NCBI GenBank assembly: GCA_035221665.1
Contig: CM069134.1
Span: forward strand, 17,546,001 to 17,610,000
DNA: 64,000 nucleotides
DNA from: Okamejei kenojei
Taxonomy: Eukaryota
Direction: 5' to 3'
Position numbers and translations under genes: made by a program
Shown here: one piece after another, positions 23,040 through 35,509 of the stretch
How the letters are laid out: the number at the start of each line of letters is the position of its first letter
Numbering within the stretch: the stretch's first letter is position 1
Notes under the pieces: model-generated
What the model was told of the DNA's origin: nothing
Seen by the model: only the letters and a program-made list of their open reading frames with translations
The model's database searches: none

Positions 23040-26000
23040 TAGAATCATAGAAAATAGGTGCAGGAGTACGCCATTTGGCCCTTCGAGCCTGCACCGCCAT
23101 TCAATGTGATCATGGCTGATCATCCAATTCGGTATCCTGCCTTCTCTCCATACCCCCATGATCCCTTTAGCCACAAGGGCCACATCTCACTCCCTCTTAA
23201 ATATAGCCAATGAACTGGCCTCAACTACCTTCTGTGGCAGAGAATTCCACAGATTCACCACTCTCTGTGTGAAAAATGATTTTCTCATCTCGGTCCTAAA
23301 AGACTTCCCTCTTATCCTTAAACTGTGACCCCTTGTTCTGGAGGTCCCAACATCGGGAACAATCTTCCTGCATCTAGCCTGTCCAACCCCTTAAGAATTT
23401 TGTAAGTCTCTATAAGATCACCCCTCAATCTTCTAAATTCCAACAAGTACAAGCCGAGTCTCTCCAGTCTTTCTTCATATGGAAGTCCTGCCATCACAGG
23501 AATCAGTCTTGTGAACCTTCTCTGTACTCCATCTATGGCAAGAATGTCTTTTCTCAGATTAGGAGACCAAAATTGTACGCAATACTCCAGGTGTGGCCTC
23601 ACCAAGACCCTGTACAACTTCAGTAGAACCTCCCTGCTCTTGTACTCGTCCTTTTGCTATGAATGCCAACATACAATTCGCTTTCTTCACAGCCTGCTGC
23701 ACCTGCATGCCTACTTTCAATGATTGGTGTACCATGACACCCAGGTCTCGTTGCATCTCCCCTTTTCCTAATCGGCCACCATTCAGATAATAGTCTACTC
23801 TCCTGTTTTTGCCACCAAAGTGGATAACCTCGCATTTATCAACATTATACTGCATTTGCCATGCATTTGCCCACTCACCCAACCTATCCAAGTCACCTTG
23901 CAGCCTCCTAGCATCCTCCTCACAGCTAACACTGCCCCCTAGCTTCGTGTCATCTGCAAACTTGGAGATGTTGCATTCAATTCCCTCATCCAGATCATTA
24001 ATATATATTGTAAATAGCTGGGGTCCCAGCACTGAGCCTTGCGGTACCCCACTAGTCACTGCCTGCCATTCTGAAAATGACCCGTTTACTCCTACTCTTT
24101 GCTTCCTGTCTGCCAGCCAGTTCTCTATCCACATCAACACTGAACCACCAATACCGTGTGCTTTAAGTTTGAATGCTAATCTCTTATGTGGGACCTTGTC
24201 GAAAGCCTTCTGAAAGTCCAGATACAACACATCCACAGGTTCTCCCTTATCCACTCTACTAGTTACATCCTCGAAAAATTCTATAAGATTCGTCAGACAT
24301 GATTTACCTTTCATAAATCCATGCTGACTTTGTCCAATGATTTCACCACTTTCCAAATGTGCTGCTATCCCATCTTTAATAACTGACTCTAGCATTTTCC
24401 CCACTACTGATGGTAGACTAACTGGTCTGTAATTCCCCGTTTTCTCTCTCCCTCCCTCCGAGTTCTGAAAAAATATCACTAATGCATCCACTATTTCTGG
24501 GGCTACTTCCTTAAGTACTGTGGGATGCAGCCTATCTGGCCCTGGGGATTTATCGGCCTTTAATCCATTCAATTTACCTAACACCACTTCCCGGCTAACC
24601 TGGATTTCACTCAGTTCCTCCATCTCATTTGACCTCCGGTCCCCTGCTATTTCCGGCAGATTATTTATGTCTTCCTTAGTGAAGACAGAACCAAAGTAGT
24701 CATTCTGCCATGTCCTTGTTCCCCATGATCAATTCACCAGTTTCTGACTGCAAGGGACCTACATTTGTTTTTAACTAACCTTTTTCTCTTCACATATCTA
24801 TAAAAACTTTTGCAGTCTGTTCATCGTTAGTTTCGATACTAGTCCTGATTTCCCTTGTTATCCACGGATGCACTACCTTCCCTGATTTATTCTTTTGCCA
24901 AACTGGGATGAACAATTATTGTAGTTCATCCATGCAGTCTTTAAATGCCTTCCATTGCATATCCACCGTCAACCCTTTAAGAATCACTTGCCAATCTATG
25001 TCACTCTCCATCCTAATGAAGAACTCAACCATATTATGGTCACTCTTGCCCAAGGGGCCACGCACAACAAGACTGCTAACTAACCCTTCCTCATTACTCA
25101 GTACCCAGTCTAGAATAGCCTGCTCTCTTGTTGGTTCCTCTACATGTTGGTTTAGAAAACTATCCCGCATACATTCCAAGAAATCCTCTTCCTCAGCACC
25201 CCTGCCAATTTGATTCATCCAATCTATATGTAGATTGAAGTCACCCGTGATAACTGTTTTACCTTTGTTGCACACATTTCTAATTTCATGTTTGATGCCA
25301 TCCCCAACTCCACTACTACTGTTAGGTGGCCTGTACACAAAACTCCCACTAGCGTTTTCTGCCCCTTAGTGTTTCGCACTCTACCCATATCGATTCCACA
25401 TCCTCCAAGCTAATGTCCTTCCTTTCTATTGCGTTAATCTCCTCTCTAACCAGCAACGCTACTCCACTTCCTTTTCCTTTCCATCCATCCTTCCTGAATA
25501 TTGAATATCCCTGGATGTTCAGCTCCCAGCCTTGGTCACCCTGGAGCCATGTCTCTGTGATCCTAACTATATCATATTCATTAATAACTATCTGCACATT
25601 CAACTCATCCACCTTATGATAAATGCTCCTTGCATTGAGACACAAAGCCTTCAGGCTTGTTTTTACAACACTCTTACCCCTTATACAATTAAGTTGAAAA
25701 GTGGCCCTTTTTGATTTTTGCCCTGGATTTTTCTGCCTGCCACTTTTACTTTTCATCTTGCTACCTATTGCTTCTACCCTCATTTTACATCCCTCTGTCT
25801 CTTTGCTCATGCTCCCATCCCCCCCGCCACATTAGTTTAAATCCTCCCTGACAGCACTAGCAAACACACCCCCAAGGACATTGGTTCCCTTCAAGCCCAG
25901 GTGCAGACCGTCCTGTTTGTACTGGTCCCACCTCCCCCAGAACTGGTTCCAATGCCCGAGAAATTCGAATCCCTCCCCCTTACACCATTTTTCAAGCCAC

Positions 26001-26984
26001 GTATATTCATCTGCAATATCCTCCTATTTCTACTCTGACGTGGCACTGGCACTGGTAGTAGTCCAGAAATTATTACCTTTGAGGTCCTACTTTTAAGTTT
26101 ATCTCCTAGCTCCCTAAATTCGCCTTGTAGGACCTCATTCCCATTTTCTACCTATATTGTTGGTGCCAATGTGCACCATGACAGCTGGCTGTTCACCCTC
26201 CCCCTCCAGAATGTTCTGCAGCTGTTCAGTGACATCCCTGACCCTTGCATCAGGGAGGCAACATACCATCCTGGAGTCTTGTTTGCGGCCGCAGAAACGC
26301 CTATATATTCCCCTTACAATTGAATCCCCTATTACTATAGCCCTTCCACTCTTTTTTTCTCCCCTCCTGTGCCGCAGAGCCACCAATGGTGCCATGAACT
26401 TGGCTGCTGCTGCCTTCCCCTGATGAGCCATCTCCCCCAACAATATCCAAAATGGTATATCTGTTTAGGAGGGAGATGACCGCAGGGGTCTCCTGCACCA
26501 CCTGCCGACTGCTACGCTGGCTAATGGCCACCCGTTCCCTTTCTGGCCGCTTAACCTGCGGTGACCAACTCGATGTACGTGCTATTCTCAGCATCAGTAT
26601 GAATCCAACCGCAGCTCCAATCGTTCAATGCGGTCTGCCAGGAGCTGCAGCTGGACACACTTCCTGCAAACATAGTCACCAGGAACACCGACCATATCCC
26701 TGATCTCCCACATGTTGCAGGATGAGCAAACCATGGGGCTGATCTCAAATGTCATGGCTTGCCCCCAAATTAAATCAACTCACTCACACTATAAAAATCT
26801 TAATCCTTTAAACTAACATTTACTAAAAAGCACTGAACCCTTTGCCCACTTTACCTTTAATGCAAACCAGAGGGTGCACCCAATCAGCTGCTTCCTCCAG
26901 TCCGCTTCCACCAATCAGCGGCTTCCACCAGAACACTTGTGTGTAACGTTACAGATTTGGGTACTCCTCCTCTTGCTCCAACGG
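23040..26984 (-). mobile_element. Near full-length CR1-clade LINE (5' UTR, ORF1 zinc finger/esterase, ORF2 endonuclease-RT) inserted in the Helitron
   Basis: ORF1 motifs C..C.MW and IVIGDSIVRG...CCLP.ARV.D. ORF2 motifs LNARS, ETW, GDFN and FADDTKL. Candidate TSD ctca (23036-39 / 26985-88). Has frameshifts and internal deletions. Confidence 0.95.
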
Positions 26985-27099
26985 CTCAGTCTCTGCAAGA
27001 TGGAGGAAGCGAGAGGGTCATGTCTCTCTAAGCTCTGAATAACACTGAACACATGTCTACTCAACTGTGAGTGCCCTTAATGTGGTTTGAAAATATGGT

Positions 27100-27445
27100 T
27101 GGTTTGAAGTAAAAAGGCACTGCAAATGGTTGTTTGGGGTTTTGGGTTGAAGTAAAAAGGCACTGCAAATGGTTGTTTGGGGGGTTTGGGTTGAAGTAAA
27201 AAGGCACTGCAAAGGGTTGTTTGGGGGGGTTTGGGTTGAAGTAAAAAGGCACTGCAAACGGTTGTTTGGGTGTGTTTGGGTTGAAGTAAAAAGGCACTGC
27301 AACTGGTTGTTTGGGGGGTTTTGGGTTGAAGTATAAAGGCACTGCAAAGGGTTTGTTGGGGGTTTTGGGTTGAAGTAAAAAGGAACTGCAGATGGTTGCT
27401 TGTGGTGTTTGGGTTGAAGTGAAAAGGCACTGCAAAAGGTTGTTT
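27100..27445. repeat. Minisatellite, ~44-bp unit, ~8 copies, inside the Helitron
   Basis: Unit ttgaagtaaaaaggcactgcaaatggttgtttggggttttggg. Confidence 0.9.
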
Positions 27446-27819
27446 GTCTAAACTTGACAACTTCCTGTTTGCACTATATTGATTTTAGATAAAACGTTAC
27501 CACTTACAGCTGTGATTTTTGGCCATCTTAGTAAGTCCCCCTCCGCTCATCAGGTGCAGAGGATTCTTCCCATCAATGAAAAATAAAAGTGTTATTAGTG
27601 TTTAAAAAATGTTGAATTTCTCTCCTGTCAATCACACCATGAAGGCCACACCTTTTCCGGTGGGAGTGGGAGGGATTATAAAACTCGGAAGTGTGAGTGT
27701 GGTCAGTCTCTGCATGATGGGGAGGGACAGGTCACGACTGTCTGGGCTGTAAATCAACTGAACACACTGAATGTCTACTGAACTGAGTGTGGTGTTTTGT
27801 GTGGTTTTATGGTGGTTTC

Positions 27820-28125
27820 ACCCTGCGTGAAATGGTATGAAACTGCATTTGAATCTGGTGTCATTGCACCCTGCATGAAATGGTATGAAACTGCATTTGA
27901 ATTCGGTGGCCTTGCACCCTCCACGAAATGGTATGAAACTGAACTTGAATTTGGTGGCCTTGCACCCTGCTGGAAGTGGTATGAAACTGCACTTGAATTT
28001 GGTGGCCTTCCACCCTGCTTGAAGTAGTATGAAACTGCACTTGAATTTTGTGGCCTTGCACCCTGCTCGAAGAGGTAAGAAAATGCACTTGAACTTGACG
28101 GCCTTGCACTCTGCTTGAAATGGAA
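27820..28125. repeat. Minisatellite, 45-bp unit, ~6-7 copies, inside the Helitron
   Basis: Unit approximately gaaatggtatgaaactgcatttgaatttggtggccttgcaccctgc. Confidence 0.9.
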
Positions 28126-31100
28126 TTTCAAGGAATAGCCGTGAGTCAACTGCCAGCCCACCAGCCATGAGTGAGCTGCCAGCACATCAGACTTGAGGGA
28201 CTGAGCTGCCACCCCAAGAATCCATTTGGCCCACAATGTCCATACTAGCCCTCTGGAGACCAGTAGTCCCTGCAGCCAACAACACCCATACCAGTGCTCC
28301 AGAAAGCCCCCCCCCCCCCCCCCCACCCACCCACTGGCCACCAGTATTGGAATTGGTGGAGAGGTGGAATATTGCTTTGGGGGACCAGCCCTCCTGTGTG
28401 AACTTGGGACCCAATGGGTCCCACTTAGTCTAGTCTTTCCTATAATTTGGCGACCAAAATTGTACAGCATACCTCAGAATTGGCCTCACCAATGCCTTGT
28501 ACAATTTTAACATTACATCCCAACTTCTATACTCAATGCTCTGATTTATAAAGGCCAGCACACCAACAGCATTCTTTACCACCCTATCTACATGAGATTC
28601 CACCTTCAGGGAACTATGCACAGTTATTCCTAGATCCCTCTGTTCAACTGCATTCCTCAATTCACTACCATTTATGTCCCATTTTGATTTGTCCTGCCAA
28701 GATATAGCACCTCACACTTATCAGCATTAAACTCCATCTGCCATCTTTCAGCTCACTCTTCCAAATGGCCTAAATCTCTCTGTAGACTTTGAAAATCTGC
28801 TTCATTATCTACAACCGCCTATCTTAGTATCACCTGCATACTTACTAATCCAATTTACCACACCATCATCCAGATCATTGATGTACATGACAAACAACAG
28901 TGGACCCAACACAGATCCCTGAGGCACCCCACTAGTCACCGGCCTCCAACCTGACAAACAGTTATCAACCATTACTCTCTGGTATCTCCCATTCAGCCAC
29001 TGTTGAATCCATCTTGCTACTCCACTATTAATACCCAACAATTGAACCTTCTTAACCAACCTTCCATGTGGAACCTTGTCAAAGGCCTTACTGAAGTCCA
29101 TATAGACAACTTTACCCACCGCTTTACCCTCATCAATTTCCCTAGTAACCTCTTTAAAAAATTCAAGAAGATTAGTCAAACATGACCTTCCAGGCACAAA
29201 TCCATGTTGTCTGTTCCTAATCAGACCCTGTTTATCCAGATGCTTATATATATATTATCTCTAAGTATCCTTTCCATTCATTTGCCCACCACTGACGTCA
29301 AACTAACAGGTCTATAATTGCTAGGTTTACTCTTAGAACCCCTTTTAAACAATGGAACAACATGCCAATCCTCTGGCACCATTTCTGTTTCTAATGACAT
29401 TTGAAATATTTCTGTCATAGCCCCTGCCATTTCTACACTAACTTCCCTCAATGTCCTAGGGAATATCCTGTGAGGACCTGGAGACTTATCCACTTTTATA
29501 TTTTTCAAAAGTGTCAGTACTTCCTCTTCTTTGAATCTCATAGTTTCCATAGCTACTCTACTTGTTTCCCTTACCTCACATAATTCAATATCCTTCTCCT
29601 TGGTGAATACTGAAGAAAATAAATTGTTCAATATCTCCCCCATCTCTTTTGGCTCTGCAGATAGCTGTCCACTCTGACTCTCTAATGGATCAATTTTATC
29701 CCTCGTTATCCTTTTGCTATTAATATAGCTGTATAAACCCTTTGGGTTTACTTTCACCTTTCTTGCCAAAGCAACCTCATATCTTTTAGCTTTTCTAATT
29801 TCTTTCTTAAGATTCTTTTTACATTCTTTATACTCCTCAAGCACCTCATTTACTCCATGCTGCCTATAATTATTGTAGATCTCTCTCTTTTTCCGAACCA
29901 AGTGTCCAAGTTCCCTTGAAAACCATGGCTATTTCCAATTATTACTCTTTCCTTTCAACCGAACAGGGACATAAAGATTCTGTACTTAAGATTTCACCTT
30001 TAAATGTCCTCCATTTCTCTTCCACATCCTTCCCATAAAACAAAATGTCCCAATTCACTCCTTTTAAATCCTTTCGCATCTCCTCAAAGTTAGCCTTTCT
30101 CCAATCAAACATCTCAACCCTTGGTCCAGTTCTGACCTTCTCCATAATTATATTGAAACTAATGGTATTGTGATCACTGGACCCGAAGTGCTCCCCAACA
30201 CATACCTCTGCCACCTGACCTAACAGGAGGTCCAGCACTGCCCCTTCTCTAGTAGGTACCTCTATGTATTGCTGCAAAAAACTATCCCGCACACATTTTA
30301 CAAACTCCAAACCATCCAGCCCTTTTACAGAATGTTTCCCAGTCTATGTGTGGAAAATTGAAATCTCCCACAATCACTACCTTGTGCTTACTACTAATAT
30401 CTGCTATCTCCTTACATATTTGTTCTTCCAATTCTCGCTCCCCATTAGGCGGTCTATAATACACCCCTATCAGTGTTGCTACACCTTTCCCATTTCTCAG
30501 TTCCACCCAAATAGCCTCCCCAGACAAGCCCTCTAATCTATCCTGCCAAAGCACTGCTGTAATATCTTCCCTGACAAGCAATGCAACACCTCCACTTCTT
30601 GCCCCTCCAATTCTATCACACCTGAAGCAACGAAATCCTGGAATATTTAGTTTCCAATCACAGCCATCCTGCAACCATGTTTCACTAATCGCCACAGCAT
30701 CATACTTCCAGGTGTTAATCCAGGCTCTAAGCTCATCCATCTTTCTTACAATGCTCCTACCATTAATATATACACATTTAAGAAAACCACCACCTCTTAT
30801 TCTCTGGTTATTATCTTTTTCTTCTTTCTCCCCTACATTTTCGGAGTGCTAATCTATGCATTCATTTTCTCCAGACCCGCTGAGTTACTCCAACTTTTTG
30901 TGTCCATCTTCGGTACTGCCTTCGGTGATCTTAAATATGGCCTTCAAGAGAAACAAATGCAAATTGATGCTTGGTGGGAAACCTATGCTTAGTATGTGGA
31001 GGTGGCCCTGAAACGTGTTCTTAACAAACTCATTACCAAGCTCAGGGAACTAGGTCTCTGTACATCCTTTTGCAACTGTATTCTTGACTTCCTCATCAAC

Positions 31101-32341
31101 AGAACACAATTGGTACGAATTGGCAACAACAACCAATAACCCTACATTCCTCAATAACCATCAGTACAGGGACACAGAGGCCACACGCTCAGCCCCCTGC
31201 TCTGCTCACTCTTTACCAATGACCGTGCAGCTGACACAATTCCAACTACATCTTTAAATTTGCTGCAATACCACTGTTGTTGGATGAATTACAGATAATG
31301 ATGTGAGAGTATGGGAGGAAGATCGATTGTCAGATTGAATGGTGCCAAAACATCAGCCTTGCACTCAACGACATTGAAACAAAGGAACTGATTGTCGATT
31401 TTATAAAAGGAAGGCTCAAGATCCACAAACCTGTCTTCATCGACGGGTCTATGGTGAAGAGAGCCAACAACTTCAAATTCCTGGACATGCACATCTCTGG
31501 AGTTCCGTCAGGGACCCAAACGCAACTTCCTTAGAAGATGGAGGAGATTTGGTATGTCGACAAATACACTTGAACATCTACGGATGTACAGTAGAGAGCA
31601 CATTGACAGGTTGCATCATGGTCTGGTTCAGCAACTCGAACATTCAGGAACAAAGGAGATTACAAAAGTAGTGAACACTGCTGCCCAGACCATCACAGGT
31701 GTTGACCTCCCCACCATCAAACAGGATCAGTAGGAGGCGATGTCTCAAAAAGGCAGCCAGCATCATCAAAGATCCACACCACCCTGGCCATCCTCTAATT
31801 TCACTCCTACTATTGGAAAGAAAGTGTAGGAGTCTCAAAAATGTAACGTCCGCGTTCAGGCTAATAAATGCCACGTACTCCAACTAAATGCCATGTACTC
31901 CAACTTCTTCCCAGGCTATTAAATGTCACGTACTCCAATCAAACTCCAAACTATGAACTGCCTTGGTTGCAATAGGGACATAGGGCTATATGTTTTGCAC
32001 TAAATTGTTTCTTTTTAATATATTGAACTTTTTTGTTAATTATATTTATTGAGTACTGTGTTTACAAACCTGTGTGCTGCAGCTAGTAAGAATTTCATTT
32101 TTCCATTTCAGTATATATGATAATAAAACACTTTTGAATCTGGAGTCGCCTGTCACTTTAATGCAACATCGCACATACATGCTGACCTATCTGTTAGAGA
32201 TAATATTGGACAGGAATTTGTTGATTGGAATTTTTTGTTTGTGGGCAAAGGAATGTCCGGATAGTGGGAGTTTTTAAAAGTGTGATGGCAAGAGTCCAGG
32301 GCATGCTTGTCCCGGTTCGGGTGAAGGGCAAGGCAGGTAAG

Positions 32342-34490
32342 TCTTCTTCTTGCGTATGGCATGCACAGCCTTCAGTTGTAGATCAAGGGTAGACATCCAG
32401 GCCAGTTAATGGGTGGATGGCTGTTGATATCACCAGGGAAAAGCCTGAGTGAGCAGCCATTCACGATATGTGGGATGGTCTGGTCTGGATGTCCGCGGTC
32501 GCAAGCAGGGATGTCTGTCATCCCCCACTTATGCAGGTGATGGGCTGTTGTTGCATGGAGGGTGCGGATTCTGTTCAGGGTTAGCCACTGCTTGCGATGG
32601 AGGTCAAAACCCGGAGGTTTCAATGTGGGGTCTGTGATAACCTCTCCGTTGTTGGTGTTGCCAACTTTCCAGGCTCTGCACCAATCAGTCTTGGAGTCAA
32701 AGTCTTCCAGGGATTTAACGGAAGACCAGAAGGGTTTGCGGGACTTCAGGCGCATGTTGGGAAGATTGTTCAAGTCAGAATGGACGGGAAGGTCAGGGTT
32801 AGCCTTGATGCTGCACCAATCTTTCAACATCCTCTCTCTTCTGCATATGGTGGGAGGGGCAAAATGAGAGAGGACAGGGAGCCACTGCAAAGGTGTTGAC
32901 TTAAGCATCCCTGTGATGACTCGCATTGCAGAGTTAAGGACAGTGTCAACTCGTTTGGTGTGGCAGCTATTAGCCCAAGCTGTTGAGCAAAATTCGGCTG
33001 TTGGGTAGACTAGGGCTAAGCTTGCGGTACGGAGGGTCCATTATAGTGGAATTATCCCAAAGGCCTGGAGAGAGTCTAAAGTCATCGCCATCCTCAAGCC
33101 GGGGAAATCTGCTGATGATCCAGCTAGTTACCGACCCATCTTCCTCTTGTGCACATCCTATAAGTTGTTTGAGTGCCTCCTGCTTGCCATGATTTCTCCA
33201 CTGGTAGATCCTGTTCTTCCCAGAGAGCAAGCTGACTTTAGAACTGGTAGAAGCTGTGCAGATCAAGTCCTTGCCCTCACTACCAATATAGAGGCTAGCT
33301 TCCAACGTGCCATGAAAAACTGGAGTTGCTCTCATCGATCTGTCATCAGCTTATGACACCGTGTGGAGATATGGTCTGTTGCTGAAAGCTTCCAGAATCT
33401 TGAAGTGCCAAACCACCATGAGTGCCCTCTCATCCATCCTCAGCAACCGTAGATTTAGGGTTTCGCTTGGGAACCAGGCAAGCTCTGTCAGGATCCCGAA
33501 TGATGATTTCCCCTAGGGCTCTGTCCTAGCTCCCCATCTCTTCAACATTTACGGAAGACAAAAGTGCTGGAGAAACTCAGCGGGTGCAGCAGCATCTATA
33601 GAGCGAAAGAAATGGGCAACGTTTCGGGCCAAAACCCTTCTTCAGACCTAAAATGAAGGTCGGCGGCAGCATCAACGTGGAGGTCGGCGAAGGCGGCGTC
33701 CTGGTGAGTGCTGGAGCTCCTCGTGGCCAAGATGGCGTTGCAGGACTCCGGCCTGGGCCAGAGTTGGGGCCCGGAGCCTGCGGTCGAGTCGCGGAGTTTC
33801 GGTGGCAGGAGCGGCCTGGAGGCGGGCTCGTTTCAGGTCCTTGGTGGAGTTAAGGTGGGCCAGGAATCGTTGATTGAAGAGGTGGATCTTCCGGCGGATG
33901 AAGTAGAGTTGGGCCCCGTTGCAGGTCTGGGTGAGTGAGGCCCGAGGTTTCGGGAGAGTCAATGCGAGGTCCTGCTGTTGCCAGCGCATCGCAGCCAAGT
34001 TAGATCTCAGTGCCCGGTGTGTTGTGTATGGCGGTAAATAGCCAGTCGGTATCGATAGTCCGGCTTGGGTCCGAACTGGGAGGTAGGGAACTGGAGCTGG
34101 AGATGGGGTATGAGATGGAGGCGCAGGCATGTCCCGAGGAAGCAAATGTGACTGTGGTATCGGGTCTGGGTTAGGATGTGGTCGTAGGGGTTGGAGGGAA
34201 GGGGGAAATCACAGAGGGGGAGCAGTTAGAGAGGAGGTTGTAAAACTGTCTTCGGAGGGAGGAGGAGAACTTCTTCAAAGTAGGCATACCTTGAGTATTT
34301 CACAGTGGAGTAGACAAAGTGTTTAAGAAGGAACTGCAGATGCTGGAAAATCGAAGGTAGACAAAAGTGCTGGAGAAACTCAGTGGGTGCAGCAGCATCT
34401 ATGGAGCGAAGGAAATAGGCAACGTTTCGGGCCGAAACCCTTCTTCAGACCAACATTTATGTGAGTGACATGCCAACTACCTCATCCAGG
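32342..34490 (-). mobile_element. Vingi/Ingi-like LINE, 5'-truncated with an inverted segment, interrupted by a Penelope-like element
   Basis: Minus strand 32342-32975 encodes the C-terminus (STPLQWLPVLS...PPGFDL.RKQW.TLNRIRT...HKWG...C...H...C) with a GAA tail. Plus strand 32980-33551 and 34460-34490 encodes RT (KPGK...YRPI.LL...IDLSSAYDTVW...GSVLAPHLFNIY|VSDMP). Confidence 0.75.
33552..34450 (-). mobile_element. Penelope-like element bounded by direct terminal repeats, each with a hammerhead core; 9-bp TSD
   Basis: Direct repeats at ~33556-33647 and ~34359-34450. TSD caacattta at 33543-33551 and 34451-34459. Confidence 0.85.
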
Positions 34491-35509
34491 TAAGAATAAG
34501 GAAGCTTGGTTAACGAGGGAAATTGAGGCTCCAGTCTGGATACATGAGGCAGCACGGGACAGGCATAAGCAGATCAGAACAACTATTATCCCTGAAGGAA
34601 ATTTGGGAACTGGGAAGCATACTGAAGAAAATGAAGAGGTCATAAGTGGGGCAGGAGATAGATCTGGTAGATAATATATTACGGAAAATCCTAAGGGGTT
34701 CTATACATACCATAAAAGGAAAAAGGGCAATTAGAGAGTATGTGGTTTCTCAGAAACCAAAGCAGTCATCTCTGTGGGAAGCAACAGGAGTTGGGCAAGG
34801 TCCTCAATGACTGTTTACTCTCTGTTTGTCATGGAGAAAGACATGAAGATTGGGGAACTTGGGACAGTTAACGGCGATGTCTTGAGGACAGTCTGTATTA
34901 TGGTCAAGGAGGTGCTGGCCATTCTAAGGCATATGAAGGTGGATAAATATCCCCAGGCCAGCTGGAATATGTCCAAGGACACTGGATAGCTAGAGAATAA
35001 ATTGCTGGAGATCTGGTTGAGACAAGTGGAGTGCCAGGAAACTGGAAGGCAGGTAATGTTATGCCTCTCTTTACGAAGGTCTGCAAAAGCCTGTGAACTA
35101 CTGATTAGTGTGCTTAACATCTGAGGTAGACAAGTTACTTGAGAGGATTCTGAGAGATGATAAAAATGCATTTGGATAGATAAGGATAGTCACCATAGTT
35201 TTGTGCAAGGGAGATCATGTCTTGCGAATCTGATTGAGTTTTTTGACAAAGTAATCAAAAAGGTTCAAGGTCAGTTTATTGTCACATGTACCAATTAAGG
35301 TACAGTGAAATTTGAGTTACCATACAGTCATACTAAGTGAAAAGCAACAAGACACACAACCACGTCAGAGTTAACAAAAACATCCATCACAGCAGATTCC
35401 ACATTCCTTATTGTGATGGAAGGCAGTAAAGTTCAATCTTCTTCCTCTTTGTGTTCCCACGGCTGGGGCAGTCAAACCGTCTGCAGTCGGGGCTCCTGAG
35501 TCTGAATCT

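Larger units (their letters stand above)
22780..28433 (+). mobile_element. Non-autonomous Helitron
   Basis: Junctions A|TC...CTAG|T with no TSD. Subterminal hairpin gggaccca-a-tgggtccc ends 11 nt before the 3' end. Contains internal tandem arrays. Confidence 0.88.
22120..30830 (-). mobile_element. CR1-clade LINE (endonuclease + RT), host of a Helitron (22780-28433) and a short element (22507-22650)
   Basis: Endonuclease motifs (ISETW, GVYYRPP, GDFNFP, SDHN) at 29940-30780 and RT motifs (YRPVSLTSVVGK, DFSKAFDKV, GVPQGSVLGP) at 28800-29350. 3' end at 22200-22779 with an (aaccatat)n-like tail. The ORF rejoins cleanly across the Helitron (ttgttcaca|tctttcctata). Confidence 0.92.

Noticed and set aside
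27057-28470. Repetitive ORFs (QCLFTSTQ..., SSAVSYHF...)
   Set aside because: Translations of the minisatellites inside the Helitron.
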